From Candidatus Omnitrophota bacterium (GTDB lineage: Bacteria; Omnitrophota; Gorgyraeia; Zapsychrales; Fredricksoniimonadaceae): DNA of 64,000 nt. Made by a program: the position numbers and the translations under genes. Positions 9,793 to 18,394 of the stretch are shown here, piece after piece (positions within the stretch are counted from its first letter, which is position 1; each line of letters starts with the position of its first letter). Under the pieces are notes generated by a model. That model was not told the origin of the DNA and did not search any database. It was given only the letters and a program-made list of their open reading frames with translations. The DNA lies in assembly GCA_028870995.1 (NCBI GenBank), contig JAGWOI010000008.1, positions 3,468 to 67,467 of the forward strand, given 5' to 3'.

Positions 9793-10719
9793 ATGCATCG
9801 TAATTCCAGGATATTTATCGTCGGACACAACGACAGCATTGAAAATTCCCTTAAAAGTTATTTTCAAGCCAAGGGCTTTCGCCATGCTGTTTCCAATACC
9901 CAGGACCGCATTAATGTGCTGGACCAGCTGCAGGTGGAGAAATTTTTTAAGAGTTTCCGGCCGGAATATGTTTTTTTAGGCTCCGTTCGTTCCGGCGGCA
10001 TTATCGCCAACCAAAAATTCCCGGCGGAATTTATTTATGAAAACCTGCAGGCGCAGAGTTTGGTCATTGACGCCGCCCGGGTGGCTCAGGCTAAAAAGTT
10101 ATTATATTTTTCCAGTTCTTGCGCCTACCCGGCCCTGGCCAAACAACCGATCCGGGAAACGTCTTTATTGACGGGAGCGCTGGAATCTACCAGCGAGGCC
10201 TATGCCGTCGCCAAAATAGCCGGCATTAAAATGTGCCAGGCCTACCGCGCCCAATACGGTTTTAAGTCCGTTGTGGCGGTGCCGGCCACGCTTTACGGTC
10301 CGGGCAGCGACACGGACATGGAATCCGCCCATGTGCTGGGTGCCTTGACGGCTAAATTCCATAAGGCCGCCGCCGAAGGCAACGGCGAGGTGGCGGTTTG
10401 GGGTTCAGGCCGTCCCCGGAGGGAATTCCTTTATGTGGACGACTTTGTCAGCGCCTGTGTGTTTTTAATGGAAAAGTACGACGGGCAGGAACCTGTCAAT
10501 ATCGGCTGCGGTCATGATGTGCCCATCAGGCGATTGGCCCAAATGCTCAAGAAGGTCAGCGGCTTCAAGGGGAAGATCATCTTCGATGCCTCCAAACCCG
10601 ACGGGGTGATGCGTAAACTTCTGGACAGCAGCCGCCTGCGCAGGCTGGGCTGGAGGGCGAAGGTGGGTCTGGAAGAAGGCATTGAAAAAACCTACCGCTG
10701 GTATGTAAAAAATTTATGA
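9793..10719 (+). CDS. fcl: GDP-L-fucose synthase/ColC-like epimerase-reductase
   Basis: GGIIAN, SSCAYP, YAVAK, HVLGAL, WGSGRPRREFLYVDD and KPDG; N-terminal glycine motif degenerate. Confidence 0.85.
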   Translation: MHRNSRIFIVGHNDSIENSLKSYFQAKGFRHAVSNTQDRINVLDQLQVEKFFKSFRPEYVFLGSVRSGGIIANQKFPAEFIYENLQAQSLVIDAARVAQAKKLLYFSSSCAYPALAKQPIRETSLLTGALESTSEAYAVAKIAGIKMCQAYRAQYGFKSVVAVPATLYGPGSDTDMESAHVLGALTAKFHKAAAEGNGEVAVWGSGRPRREFLYVDDFVSACVFLMEKYDGQEPVNIGCGHDVPIRRLAQMLKKVSGFKGKIIFDASKPDGVMRKLLDSSRLRRLGWRAKVGLEEGIEKTYRWYVKNL

Positions 10720-11939
10720 GCATCAGGCGCAAATGGCTGTGGGGACTGCTCGCAGCGGTCGTTTTTACCGGGCTTTTAGGCAGGTATTTGGACAGGGTGC
10801 CCAAACGGCATTATTGCGATTTTCGCGTGTATCATCATGCGTCCGTAAGGATGGCGGCCGGGGAGGACATTTATGTCCGCGATACCATGGCGGTAACACC
10901 GTTTAAGTATTCGCCTTTTTTTGCTTTTTGTTTTATTCCCTTAGGGCTTTTGCCCATCAAAATTGCCGCGGGCCTGTTTTTTGCTCTTAATTTTATTCTG
11001 ACCATCGTTTTATTCCGCCTGGCGGCGGATATTGCTGAAGTAAGGGCCGCCGCGGCCCGGGCCGGCGCCCTGCCGCTGCTTTACGGGTTGGCGGTTTTAT
11101 TTTCAGCAAGGTTTATTTTCCTGGTCTGGGATTCAGGCCAGGTCAATATTTTAATGTGTGTCCTGGTGCTGGCCGGTTTGATGTTGGTCTCCAAGGGTAA
11201 GGATATGCCGGCAGGGGCCTGCCTGGCCGCAGCCATATTGATTAAATATGTACCGGCCGTTTTCTTGCCGTACCTGCTTCTTCAGAAAAAGTTTAAAGCG
11301 GTTGCGTGGACCTTGGCTTTTTTGGTCATTGGACTTGTATTGCCGTCGATGGTGGTGGGAGTCCAGAAAGACATTTCTTATTTGGGCTCATGGCTGCCCT
11401 TTATTACGCAAACGTCGCTGGACAAATTATCATATATCGACATCAAAAACCAATCCTTGTTTTCGATGGTCATCCGGTCCTTCAGCGCCAGCGGCATGGG
11501 CGTCAACATCATGCATTTGAGTTTTGAGCAGGGAAAGATCCTGGGGATTGCCATTTCAGCGCTGCTTTATGCGCTGGTGTTGGTTAAGGGGAAAAGACAA
11601 CCGGGACAGGCGGGGCTTGATGCGGCCCTGCTTTTTTGCTTTATGGCTCTTTTTAATCCCAATGGGTGGGAGCTGAACTTTGTGGCTTTGGGATTGCCGT
11701 ATATATTATTGATTGGATATTTAATTGAGGTAAAATGGAAAGACTCCTTTGTGACAATGAGCGTTATAATGGCAGCGGTGCTAAGCTCTGTTTTTGCCAG
11801 GGACGTCCTCGGCAAGGTCATGGAGAATGACAGCAATCTATGCAGCAATGTAACGATCGCGACGTTGCTTTTAATTGCCGCATTGTTTCAACTTAAATTT
11901 CTAAAGATTAAATCTATTAATGGAAAGGAAGTAGTATGA
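10716..11939 (+). CDS. GT-C membrane glycosyltransferase (GT87/DUF2029-like)
   Basis: DFRVY, FKYSPFFA, GQVN, IKYVP and NQSL; multiple TM segments. Confidence 0.8.
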   Translation: MSIRRKWLWGLLAAVVFTGLLGRYLDRVPKRHYCDFRVYHHASVRMAAGEDIYVRDTMAVTPFKYSPFFAFCFIPLGLLPIKIAAGLFFALNFILTIVLFRLAADIAEVRAAAARAGALPLLYGLAVLFSARFIFLVWDSGQVNILMCVLVLAGLMLVSKGKDMPAGACLAAAILIKYVPAVFLPYLLLQKKFKAVAWTLAFLVIGLVLPSMVVGVQKDISYLGSWLPFITQTSLDKLSYIDIKNQSLFSMVIRSFSASGMGVNIMHLSFEQGKILGIAISALLYALVLVKGKRQPGQAGLDAALLFCFMALFNPNGWELNFVALGLPYILLIGYLIEVKWKDSFVTMSVIMAAVLSSVFARDVLGKVMENDSNLCSNVTIATLLLIAALFQLKFLKIKSINGKEVV

Positions 11940-12868
11940 AGATTTTAGTGACAGGAGCAGCAGGGTATATCGGTTCCATTTTGGTGCCGCGTCTGTTGGC
12001 CGAAGGGCATGAAGTCATTGCACTTGACAACTTTATGTACAACCAATCTTCTTTGCTGGATGTCTGTTACCATGACCGCCTGACCATCGTGCGGGGCGAC
12101 ACCCGTGACAAGGCCCTGATGACCCGGCTCATGAAGGACGCCGACGCTATTTTTCCTCTGGCCTGCCTGACCGGGGCGCCTCTATGCGCCAAGGATCCCG
12201 TCGGTGCACAGACCATCCTGCTGGATGCCGTCAACATGATCCTGCAGTTGCGAAGCCGGGATCAAAGGGTCATTTTTCCCACCACCAACAGCGGCTACGG
12301 GATCGGGGAGAAAGGCAAGCACTGCACGGAAGAAACCCCGTTACGCCCCATTTCCTTGTACGGGAAATTAAAAGTCGAAGCGGAGAACGCCATCCTCTCT
12401 GCCGGCAACGGGATAACCCTTCGCCTGGCCACGGCTTTTGGGGTTTCCCCGCGCATGCGCCTGGATCTCTTGGTCAATGATTTCACCTACCGGGCCGTGT
12501 ACGACCGGTTCGTGATCCTGTTCGAGGCCCATTTCAACCGCAATTACATCCACGTGCGGGACATCGCCAAGGCTTTTATCCACGCGTTGAATAATTTTGA
12601 CAAGATGAAGAACCAACCCTATAATGTCGGCTTAAGCGACGCTAATTTAACCAAACTGCAATTATGCCAGGAAATTAAAAAACTCGTCCCCGATTTTTAT
12701 TTTGTGGAAGCCACCATCGGCGAGGACCCCGATAAGCGTGACTACATCGTCAGTAACGAAAAGATCGAAAAGACCGGCTTCAAACCTGATGTTTCCCTTC
12801 AAAAAGGTCTACAGGAATTGATCAAAGGGTATCAAGTCATCAAGCGTAACCAATTTGCCAATATTTAA
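11936..12868 (+). CDS. NAD-dependent epimerase/dehydratase (extended SDR)
   Basis: GAAGYIG, YGKLK and RMRLDLLVNDF. Confidence 0.9.
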   Translation: MKILVTGAAGYIGSILVPRLLAEGHEVIALDNFMYNQSSLLDVCYHDRLTIVRGDTRDKALMTRLMKDADAIFPLACLTGAPLCAKDPVGAQTILLDAVNMILQLRSRDQRVIFPTTNSGYGIGEKGKHCTEETPLRPISLYGKLKVEAENAILSAGNGITLRLATAFGVSPRMRLDLLVNDFTYRAVYDRFVILFEAHFNRNYIHVRDIAKAFIHALNNFDKMKNQPYNVGLSDANLTKLQLCQEIKKLVPDFYFVEATIGEDPDKRDYIVSNEKIEKTGFKPDVSLQKGLQELIKGYQVIKRNQFANI

Positions 12869-12874
12869 AAGCCT

Positions 12875-14389
12875 ATGAAACAGCTCGATGTTTTGTTTGT
12901 GCACGCCAACGCTTCCCGGCGGATCTACCAGGACCTGGCCAAGGACTTCTCCGCCATCGAGCCGCCCATCTGGGCGGGATTGCTGGCCGGTCATTGCCGG
13001 CTGAAAGGGTTTTCCGTCGATATTTTGGATTGCGAAGCCCTGCATCTGGATGAGGAGCAGTCCGCCAACAGCATAGCGCAGGCCAAGGCCCGCTTGGTCT
13101 GTTTTGTGGTTTACGGGCAGCAGCCTTCGGCCAGCTCCCAGAACATGGCCGGGGCAACCAGCCTGGCGGAGGCTGCCGAAAAGCTTGCCCCTGAATCGAA
13201 GATCATTTTTGTCGGCGGTCATGTGGCGGCCCTGCCGCGGGAGGTACTGGAGCGGCATCAGGCCATCGATTTTGTCTGCCAGAACGAAGGCGTTTACACC
13301 ATTTCCAATTTATTGAAGACCAACCTCAACGATCAATTGGACAAGGTGGACGGTCTTGGTTTTCGTCAGGGGGCGCAAATTATGTTGAACAGGCCTTCGC
13401 CCATCGTGGCCAAGGCCGATCTGCCCCGCGAGATGCCAGGTGTCGCCTGGGACCTGTTGCCGTCGGCCAATTACCGCACCTCGCTTTGGCATTCCTATCC
13501 GAATAATTCCATACGCCAGCCTTTCGCGGCCCTGTACACGTCCTTAGGCTGCCCCATGCGTTGTTCCTTTTGCATGATCAATATCATCAACCGCCAGGAG
13601 AATGAGTTTTCCGACGGTTCGGCGGTGTTCCGCTACTGGGAGCCGGATCATATCATCCAACAATTCGATTATTTTGCCTCCCAAGGCATCACCAATATCA
13701 AGATCGCCGATGAGCTTTTTGTGCTCAGAAGCGACCATTTCCTGAAACTCTGCGAGCTGATCATCCAGCGCGGGTATAAATTCAACATCTGGTGTTATTC
13801 CCGCGTGGACACGGTCAAGGACCAGTACCTGGCCACCCTTAAGAAAGCCGGGGTCAATTGGCTGGCCCTGGGGATCGAAAGCGGCGTCTCCAAGGTGCGT
13901 AAGGACGTCACCAAGGGGCGCTTTGAAGATGTGGATATCCGCGGCGTTGTCGCCAAGATCCGCGAGCACGGCATCAATGTCATCGGCAACTATATTTTCG
14001 GCCTGCCGGAGGATGACTTAAGCAGCATGCAGATGACCCTTGACCTGGCCATGGAGATGAATACCGAGGAGGCCAATTTCTATTCGGCCATGGCTTATCC
14101 GGGTTCACCCCTGCACGGCCTGGCCCGCAAGGAGGGCTGGAAATTGCCGTCAAGCTACGCCGGTTTCTCCCAGCATTCCTATGAATGCCAGCCCCTGCCG
14201 ACCAAGCATTTGACCGCCCAGCAGGTCCTGGCCTTCAGGGATGAGGCCTGGATGAAGTACCACACCAGCGGCAAGTTTTTGGATCTCCTGAAACAGAAAT
14301 TCGGCCAGGCGGCTGTGGATGAGACGGTCAAATCCACTAAAATCAAATTAAAACGTAAAATCCTAGAAGAGGCTTCTATCGCTCCATGA
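12875..14389 (+). CDS. Cobalamin-binding radical SAM protein (class B)
   Basis: N-terminal B12-binding domain (VGGH), CPMRCSFC, GIESG and GLPED. Confidence 0.9.
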   Translation: MKQLDVLFVHANASRRIYQDLAKDFSAIEPPIWAGLLAGHCRLKGFSVDILDCEALHLDEEQSANSIAQAKARLVCFVVYGQQPSASSQNMAGATSLAEAAEKLAPESKIIFVGGHVAALPREVLERHQAIDFVCQNEGVYTISNLLKTNLNDQLDKVDGLGFRQGAQIMLNRPSPIVAKADLPREMPGVAWDLLPSANYRTSLWHSYPNNSIRQPFAALYTSLGCPMRCSFCMINIINRQENEFSDGSAVFRYWEPDHIIQQFDYFASQGITNIKIADELFVLRSDHFLKLCELIIQRGYKFNIWCYSRVDTVKDQYLATLKKAGVNWLALGIESGVSKVRKDVTKGRFEDVDIRGVVAKIREHGINVIGNYIFGLPEDDLSSMQMTLDLAMEMNTEEANFYSAMAYPGSPLHGLARKEGWKLPSSYAGFSQHSYECQPLPTKHLTAQQVLAFRDEAWMKYHTSGKFLDLLKQKFGQAAVDETVKSTKIKLKRKILEEASIAP

Positions 14390-15369
14390 TCATTTCGCGT
14401 ACCCCTTTCCGTGTGTCCTTTTTCGGCGGAGGCACGGATTACAACGGCTGGTTCCAGGACCATAACGGCGCTGTCCTGGCTACCACCATCGATAAATATT
14501 GCTATATTACCTGTCGTTACCTGCCGCCTTTTTTCGAACATAAATCCCGCATCATCTATTCGGTGATGGAACATGTCAAGGAATCCATTGATGAGATCAA
14601 TCACCCTTCGGTGCGGGAATGCCTGCGGTTTTTAAGGATCAATGAAGGTGTCGAGATCCACCACGACGGCGACTTGCCGGCAAGGACCGGCTTGGGATCA
14701 AGCTCGGCCTTTACCGTTGGCCTGCTCAACAGCCTGTATGCCCTCAAGGGGCAGATGGTCAGCAAGGAGAGGTTGGCCAAGGAAGCCATCCATGTGGAAC
14801 AAAGCATGATCAAGGAAAATGTCGGCTGCCAGGACCAGATGCAGGCGGCCCATGGCGGGTTTAATTTGATCGAATTCGGGGGGTCCAATCACCTGCGTGT
14901 GGTGCCGATGACCCTTCCGGCGGAAAAAATGGAACGCCTTCAGGATCATTTGATGCTGTTTTTCTCCGGTTTTTCACGCAATGCTTCCACCATCGCCAAG
15001 GCCCAGATCGACAACATCCCGCAGAAGAAGGTGGAGTTGAGCCGCATGCATGAGATGGTCCATGAGGCGGTCGAGGTCTTAAATGGCAATGACTTGTTGA
15101 AATTCGGCCGGCTGCTGGATGAAAGCTGGAAGCTTAAGCGCACCTTGTCCGATAAGATCTCCAGTCCTTACATTGATGAGCTGTATGCCACGGCCTTCAA
15201 AAACGGCGCCATCGGGGGTAAATTGCTGGGGGCGGGAGGCGGCGGATTCGTGTTGTTTTTCGCCGAGCCTTCCCGGCAGCCTAAAATACGCCAGGCGCTC
15301 AAAAACCTTCTCGAAGTTCCTTTTAAATTCGAAAATTTGGGCACGCAGGTTATCGTTTACCAACCATAA
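14386..15369 (+). CDS. hddA: GHMP kinase, D-glycero-alpha-D-manno-heptose-7-phosphate kinase-like
   Basis: RTPFRVSFFGGGTD, PARTGLGSSSA, GCQDQ and GKLLGAGGGG. Confidence 0.88.
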   Translation: MIISRTPFRVSFFGGGTDYNGWFQDHNGAVLATTIDKYCYITCRYLPPFFEHKSRIIYSVMEHVKESIDEINHPSVRECLRFLRINEGVEIHHDGDLPARTGLGSSSAFTVGLLNSLYALKGQMVSKERLAKEAIHVEQSMIKENVGCQDQMQAAHGGFNLIEFGGSNHLRVVPMTLPAEKMERLQDHLMLFFSGFSRNASTIAKAQIDNIPQKKVELSRMHEMVHEAVEVLNGNDLLKFGRLLDESWKLKRTLSDKISSPYIDELYATAFKNGAIGGKLLGAGGGGFVLFFAEPSRQPKIRQALKNLLEVPFKFENLGTQVIVYQP

Positions 15370-15386
15370 CGGGAAATAGGAAGGAT

Positions 15387-16115
15387 ATGAGCGAAACTTT
15401 TCCAGATGTGGTGATTCTTGCCGGAGGATTGGGCAAGCGCTTGCAGTCGGTCACCGGCGGCAGGCAGAAAGTTTTGGCCCAAATCAACGGCCGGCCTTTC
15501 CTGGAGATCCTTATTGATTATATCGCCTCCCAGGGCGGCAGGCGCTTTATCCTCTGTGTCGGCCACGGGGGGCACGAGGTGGCTGCGCACTTTCTCCACA
15601 AACACCATAATGACCGGGAGATTGTTCTTTCCGTGGAAGAATCCCCTCTGGGCACCGGCGGCGCCATCAAGGAAGGGGCACGGCATGTTAAGACCGGCCG
15701 CTTCCTGGCCATGAACGGCGATTGTTTCTGCGTGATCGACTACCGGCGCTTGATCAAATTCCACCACGAGCACCGGTCCAAAGCCACCCTGGCGGTGACC
15801 TTGATGCCTGAGCCCCAAGATTATGGGACCATTGAAGTGGCCAAGACCGGCGCCATCGAGGCTTTTAAAGAAAAGCAGCCCTTGGCTGCGGCCGCTTTTA
15901 TCAACACCGGCACCTATTGTTTTGATCGCGATATTTTTTCTCTTGTGGATACGCCGGATAAATTTTCGATTGAATATGATTTTTTCCCGCATTTGGTGGG
16001 AAAAGGATTTTATGCCTTTGAAGTGGAAAACCGTTTCATCGACATCGGCACCCCGGAAAGGTATTCCTGGGCCCAACAGCATTTGGGAACATTAAGAGGC
16101 GACCATGGATTTTAA
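15387..16115 (+). CDS. hddC: Sugar-1-phosphate nucleotidyltransferase, HddC-like
   Basis: LAGGLGKRL, PLGTGGAI, NGD and FIDIGTPE; adjacent to hddA. Confidence 0.8.
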   Translation: MSETFPDVVILAGGLGKRLQSVTGGRQKVLAQINGRPFLEILIDYIASQGGRRFILCVGHGGHEVAAHFLHKHHNDREIVLSVEESPLGTGGAIKEGARHVKTGRFLAMNGDCFCVIDYRRLIKFHHEHRSKATLAVTLMPEPQDYGTIEVAKTGAIEAFKEKQPLAAAAFINTGTYCFDRDIFSLVDTPDKFSIEYDFFPHLVGKGFYAFEVENRFIDIGTPERYSWAQQHLGTLRGDHGF

Positions 16116-17292
16116 TAAAACGACAGCCATCAAAGACGGCCAGGAAGCGGCTAAATCATCCTATAAAGTCCCTTTCGGAACCGTGTCCATTACACCTTAC
16201 GCCCAAGAACTGATCAATAAGGCCATTGAGCGCCGGTGGCTGACCAAGGGCCAATATGTCAAGGAATTCGAAGAGAAGTTTGCCGCTCTTTTCGGCGTCA
16301 AATACGGCATCGCGGTTTCCAGCGGCACGGACGCGGACGCGATCGCCTGCGCTGTGCTTTATGACTTCGGCGCCCGAAGGGGGGACGAGATCATTGTGCC
16401 GGCCCTGACCTTTGTGGCGACAGGCAACGCCGTGCTGCAGGCGGGGTTTACGCCGGTTTTTGTCGATGTCAAGCGGGAGACCCTTAACATCGATCCCGAA
16501 AAAATCGAGAAGGCCATTACGCCCCGCACCCGCGCCATCATGCCCGTACATTTGATGGGCAAGCCCGCGGCCATGGATGAAATTTTGGGCATCGCTCAAA
16601 AGCACGATCTCCATGTGATCGAAGATGCGGCCGAAGCCCACGGCGCGGAATATAAAGGCCGTAAGATCGGCGCCATGGGGGACATGGCCTGCTTTTCGTT
16701 ATACGCCGCGCATATCGTCACCACCATCGAGGGCGGCATGCTCATTACGAACAACGAACGGATGGCTGAGGCGGCGCGGTCCTTGCGCAATCACGGCATT
16801 GACGGAAAATTCCAATTCAAACGCATCGGCTTCTCCGCCAAGATGAACGAGATCGAAGCGGCGGTGGGGTTGGGCAATATCCGGATTTTCCATGACATCC
16901 TTGAAAAGCGCCGGGCCAACGTGCGCCACCTCATCAAGGCTTTCAAGAAATTCGACGATTATTTTTGGTACCTGAAAGAAGACAGGGACGAAGTGTTGGG
17001 TCCGCATGCCTTCTCCCTCATCCTAAAGCCAGGCCTTAATTTCACCAAAAACGAGTTTGTCACGTATTTGGAAAAACAGGGCGTTGATTCGCGCAACCTG
17101 TTTTATTCCATCCCCACTCAAACCGCCAGTTATGAATTCATGGGCCACGAAAAGGGCGATTTTCCTGAAGCCGAATACTGCTCCGACCACGGCACCCACA
17201 TCGGCTGCCATCAGGATGTCGGCATCGGGCAAATGGACCATATCATCGCAACGGTCGAAGGATTCCTCAAAGCTAAAGGGTATCGTGTCTAA
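16105..17292 (+). CDS. DegT/DnrJ-fold PLP enzyme with His at the catalytic Lys position (ColD/E1-type 3-dehydratase-like)
   Basis: SSGT, EDAAEAHG and SLYAAHIVTTIEGG. Confidence 0.85.
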   Translation: MDFNKTTAIKDGQEAAKSSYKVPFGTVSITPYAQELINKAIERRWLTKGQYVKEFEEKFAALFGVKYGIAVSSGTDADAIACAVLYDFGARRGDEIIVPALTFVATGNAVLQAGFTPVFVDVKRETLNIDPEKIEKAITPRTRAIMPVHLMGKPAAMDEILGIAQKHDLHVIEDAAEAHGAEYKGRKIGAMGDMACFSLYAAHIVTTIEGGMLITNNERMAEAARSLRNHGIDGKFQFKRIGFSAKMNEIEAAVGLGNIRIFHDILEKRRANVRHLIKAFKKFDDYFWYLKEDRDEVLGPHAFSLILKPGLNFTKNEFVTYLEKQGVDSRNLFYSIPTQTASYEFMGHEKGDFPEAEYCSDHGTHIGCHQDVGIGQMDHIIATVEGFLKAKGYRV

Positions 17293-17296
17293 GGGC

Positions 17297-18394
17297 ATGC
17301 GCATTGCCATCAATTGCAGGTCCGTTCTCATGGCCCGGCGTACGGGGATCGGACGGTATACTTACAATTTGCTTGAAAGTTTAGGCAAAATCGATAAGGC
17401 CAATGAGTATATCCTTCACGCCCCCCGGTCCTTGTTCGATTTCAAGCGCCGCCTGCCGGACTTCTCAAAATATAAGAACCTAAGGAAATATCCTGATTAT
17501 TTCAAGCGGGGGGTCAACAGGTGTGATGTTTATCATTTTCCCTGCCTGGATGATGTCAGTTCCTGTACGGGAAAGCTCATCGTCACCATCCACGATTTTG
17601 TTTATAAAACCTTTGCTCAGACACACACACCGCAGGCCGTTGAATACTTAGAAAAGCATATGCGCTTGGTGACTTCCAGGGCTGACCGCATCATTTGCAT
17701 TTCTGAGAATACCCGCAAGGACCTGCATACTTTCTTTGATATCCCCGAACACAAGTCCTGTGTTGTCTACAACGGTGTCGACCATAATAATTTTTATCCT
17801 TTGTCTGCCGCCGAGGACGGCCGGGCCGGCCATGAGCTTAGGCAGCTGGGCATTGACCGGCCTTATGTGTTGTATGTGGGCACCATTGAACCGCGCAAAA
17901 ATCTTCATGGCTTGCTAGAGAGTTTTGCGTTGCTCAAGTCGAGAAAAGCTTTTTCGGGAGTACTGGTCGTTGCCGGGATGAAGGGATGGATGATGTCTGA
18001 TGTGGGTGAAAGGATCAAGAAATTAGGAATTGAACAGGATGTAATTTTTACAGGTTTTATTAGCGACGAAACCTTACGGCTGCTTTATAATAGGGCTGAG
18101 GTTTTCGTTTTCCCTTCTTTATATGAAGGATTTGGGTTTCCTATCCTGGAGGCTTTTTGCTGCGGCACCGCGGTGGTCACCTCTTCGACGTCTTCCTGCG
18201 GTGAAGTGGCAGGGGAAGCGGCGCTGAAGACTGATCCACTGGAGCCCAAGTCCATCGCCAAGGCCATGGAACAGGTGGTGGCCGACCCGGTCCTCAAGAA
18301 ATCCCTTCGTGAGGCTGGCCTGAAGCGTGCCCGGGAGTTTTCCTTCTTAACCATGGCCCAAAGGACCCTGGATGTTTATCGAAAGATTATCTAA
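17297..18394 (+). CDS. GT4 glycosyltransferase
   Basis: TGIGRY, GTIEPRKN and PSLYEGFGFPILEA; start chosen at ATG 17297. Confidence 0.92.
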   Translation: MRIAINCRSVLMARRTGIGRYTYNLLESLGKIDKANEYILHAPRSLFDFKRRLPDFSKYKNLRKYPDYFKRGVNRCDVYHFPCLDDVSSCTGKLIVTIHDFVYKTFAQTHTPQAVEYLEKHMRLVTSRADRIICISENTRKDLHTFFDIPEHKSCVVYNGVDHNNFYPLSAAEDGRAGHELRQLGIDRPYVLYVGTIEPRKNLHGLLESFALLKSRKAFSGVLVVAGMKGWMMSDVGERIKKLGIEQDVIFTGFISDETLRLLYNRAEVFVFPSLYEGFGFPILEAFCCGTAVVTSSTSSCGEVAGEAALKTDPLEPKSIAKAMEQVVADPVLKKSLREAGLKRAREFSFLTMAQRTLDVYRKII

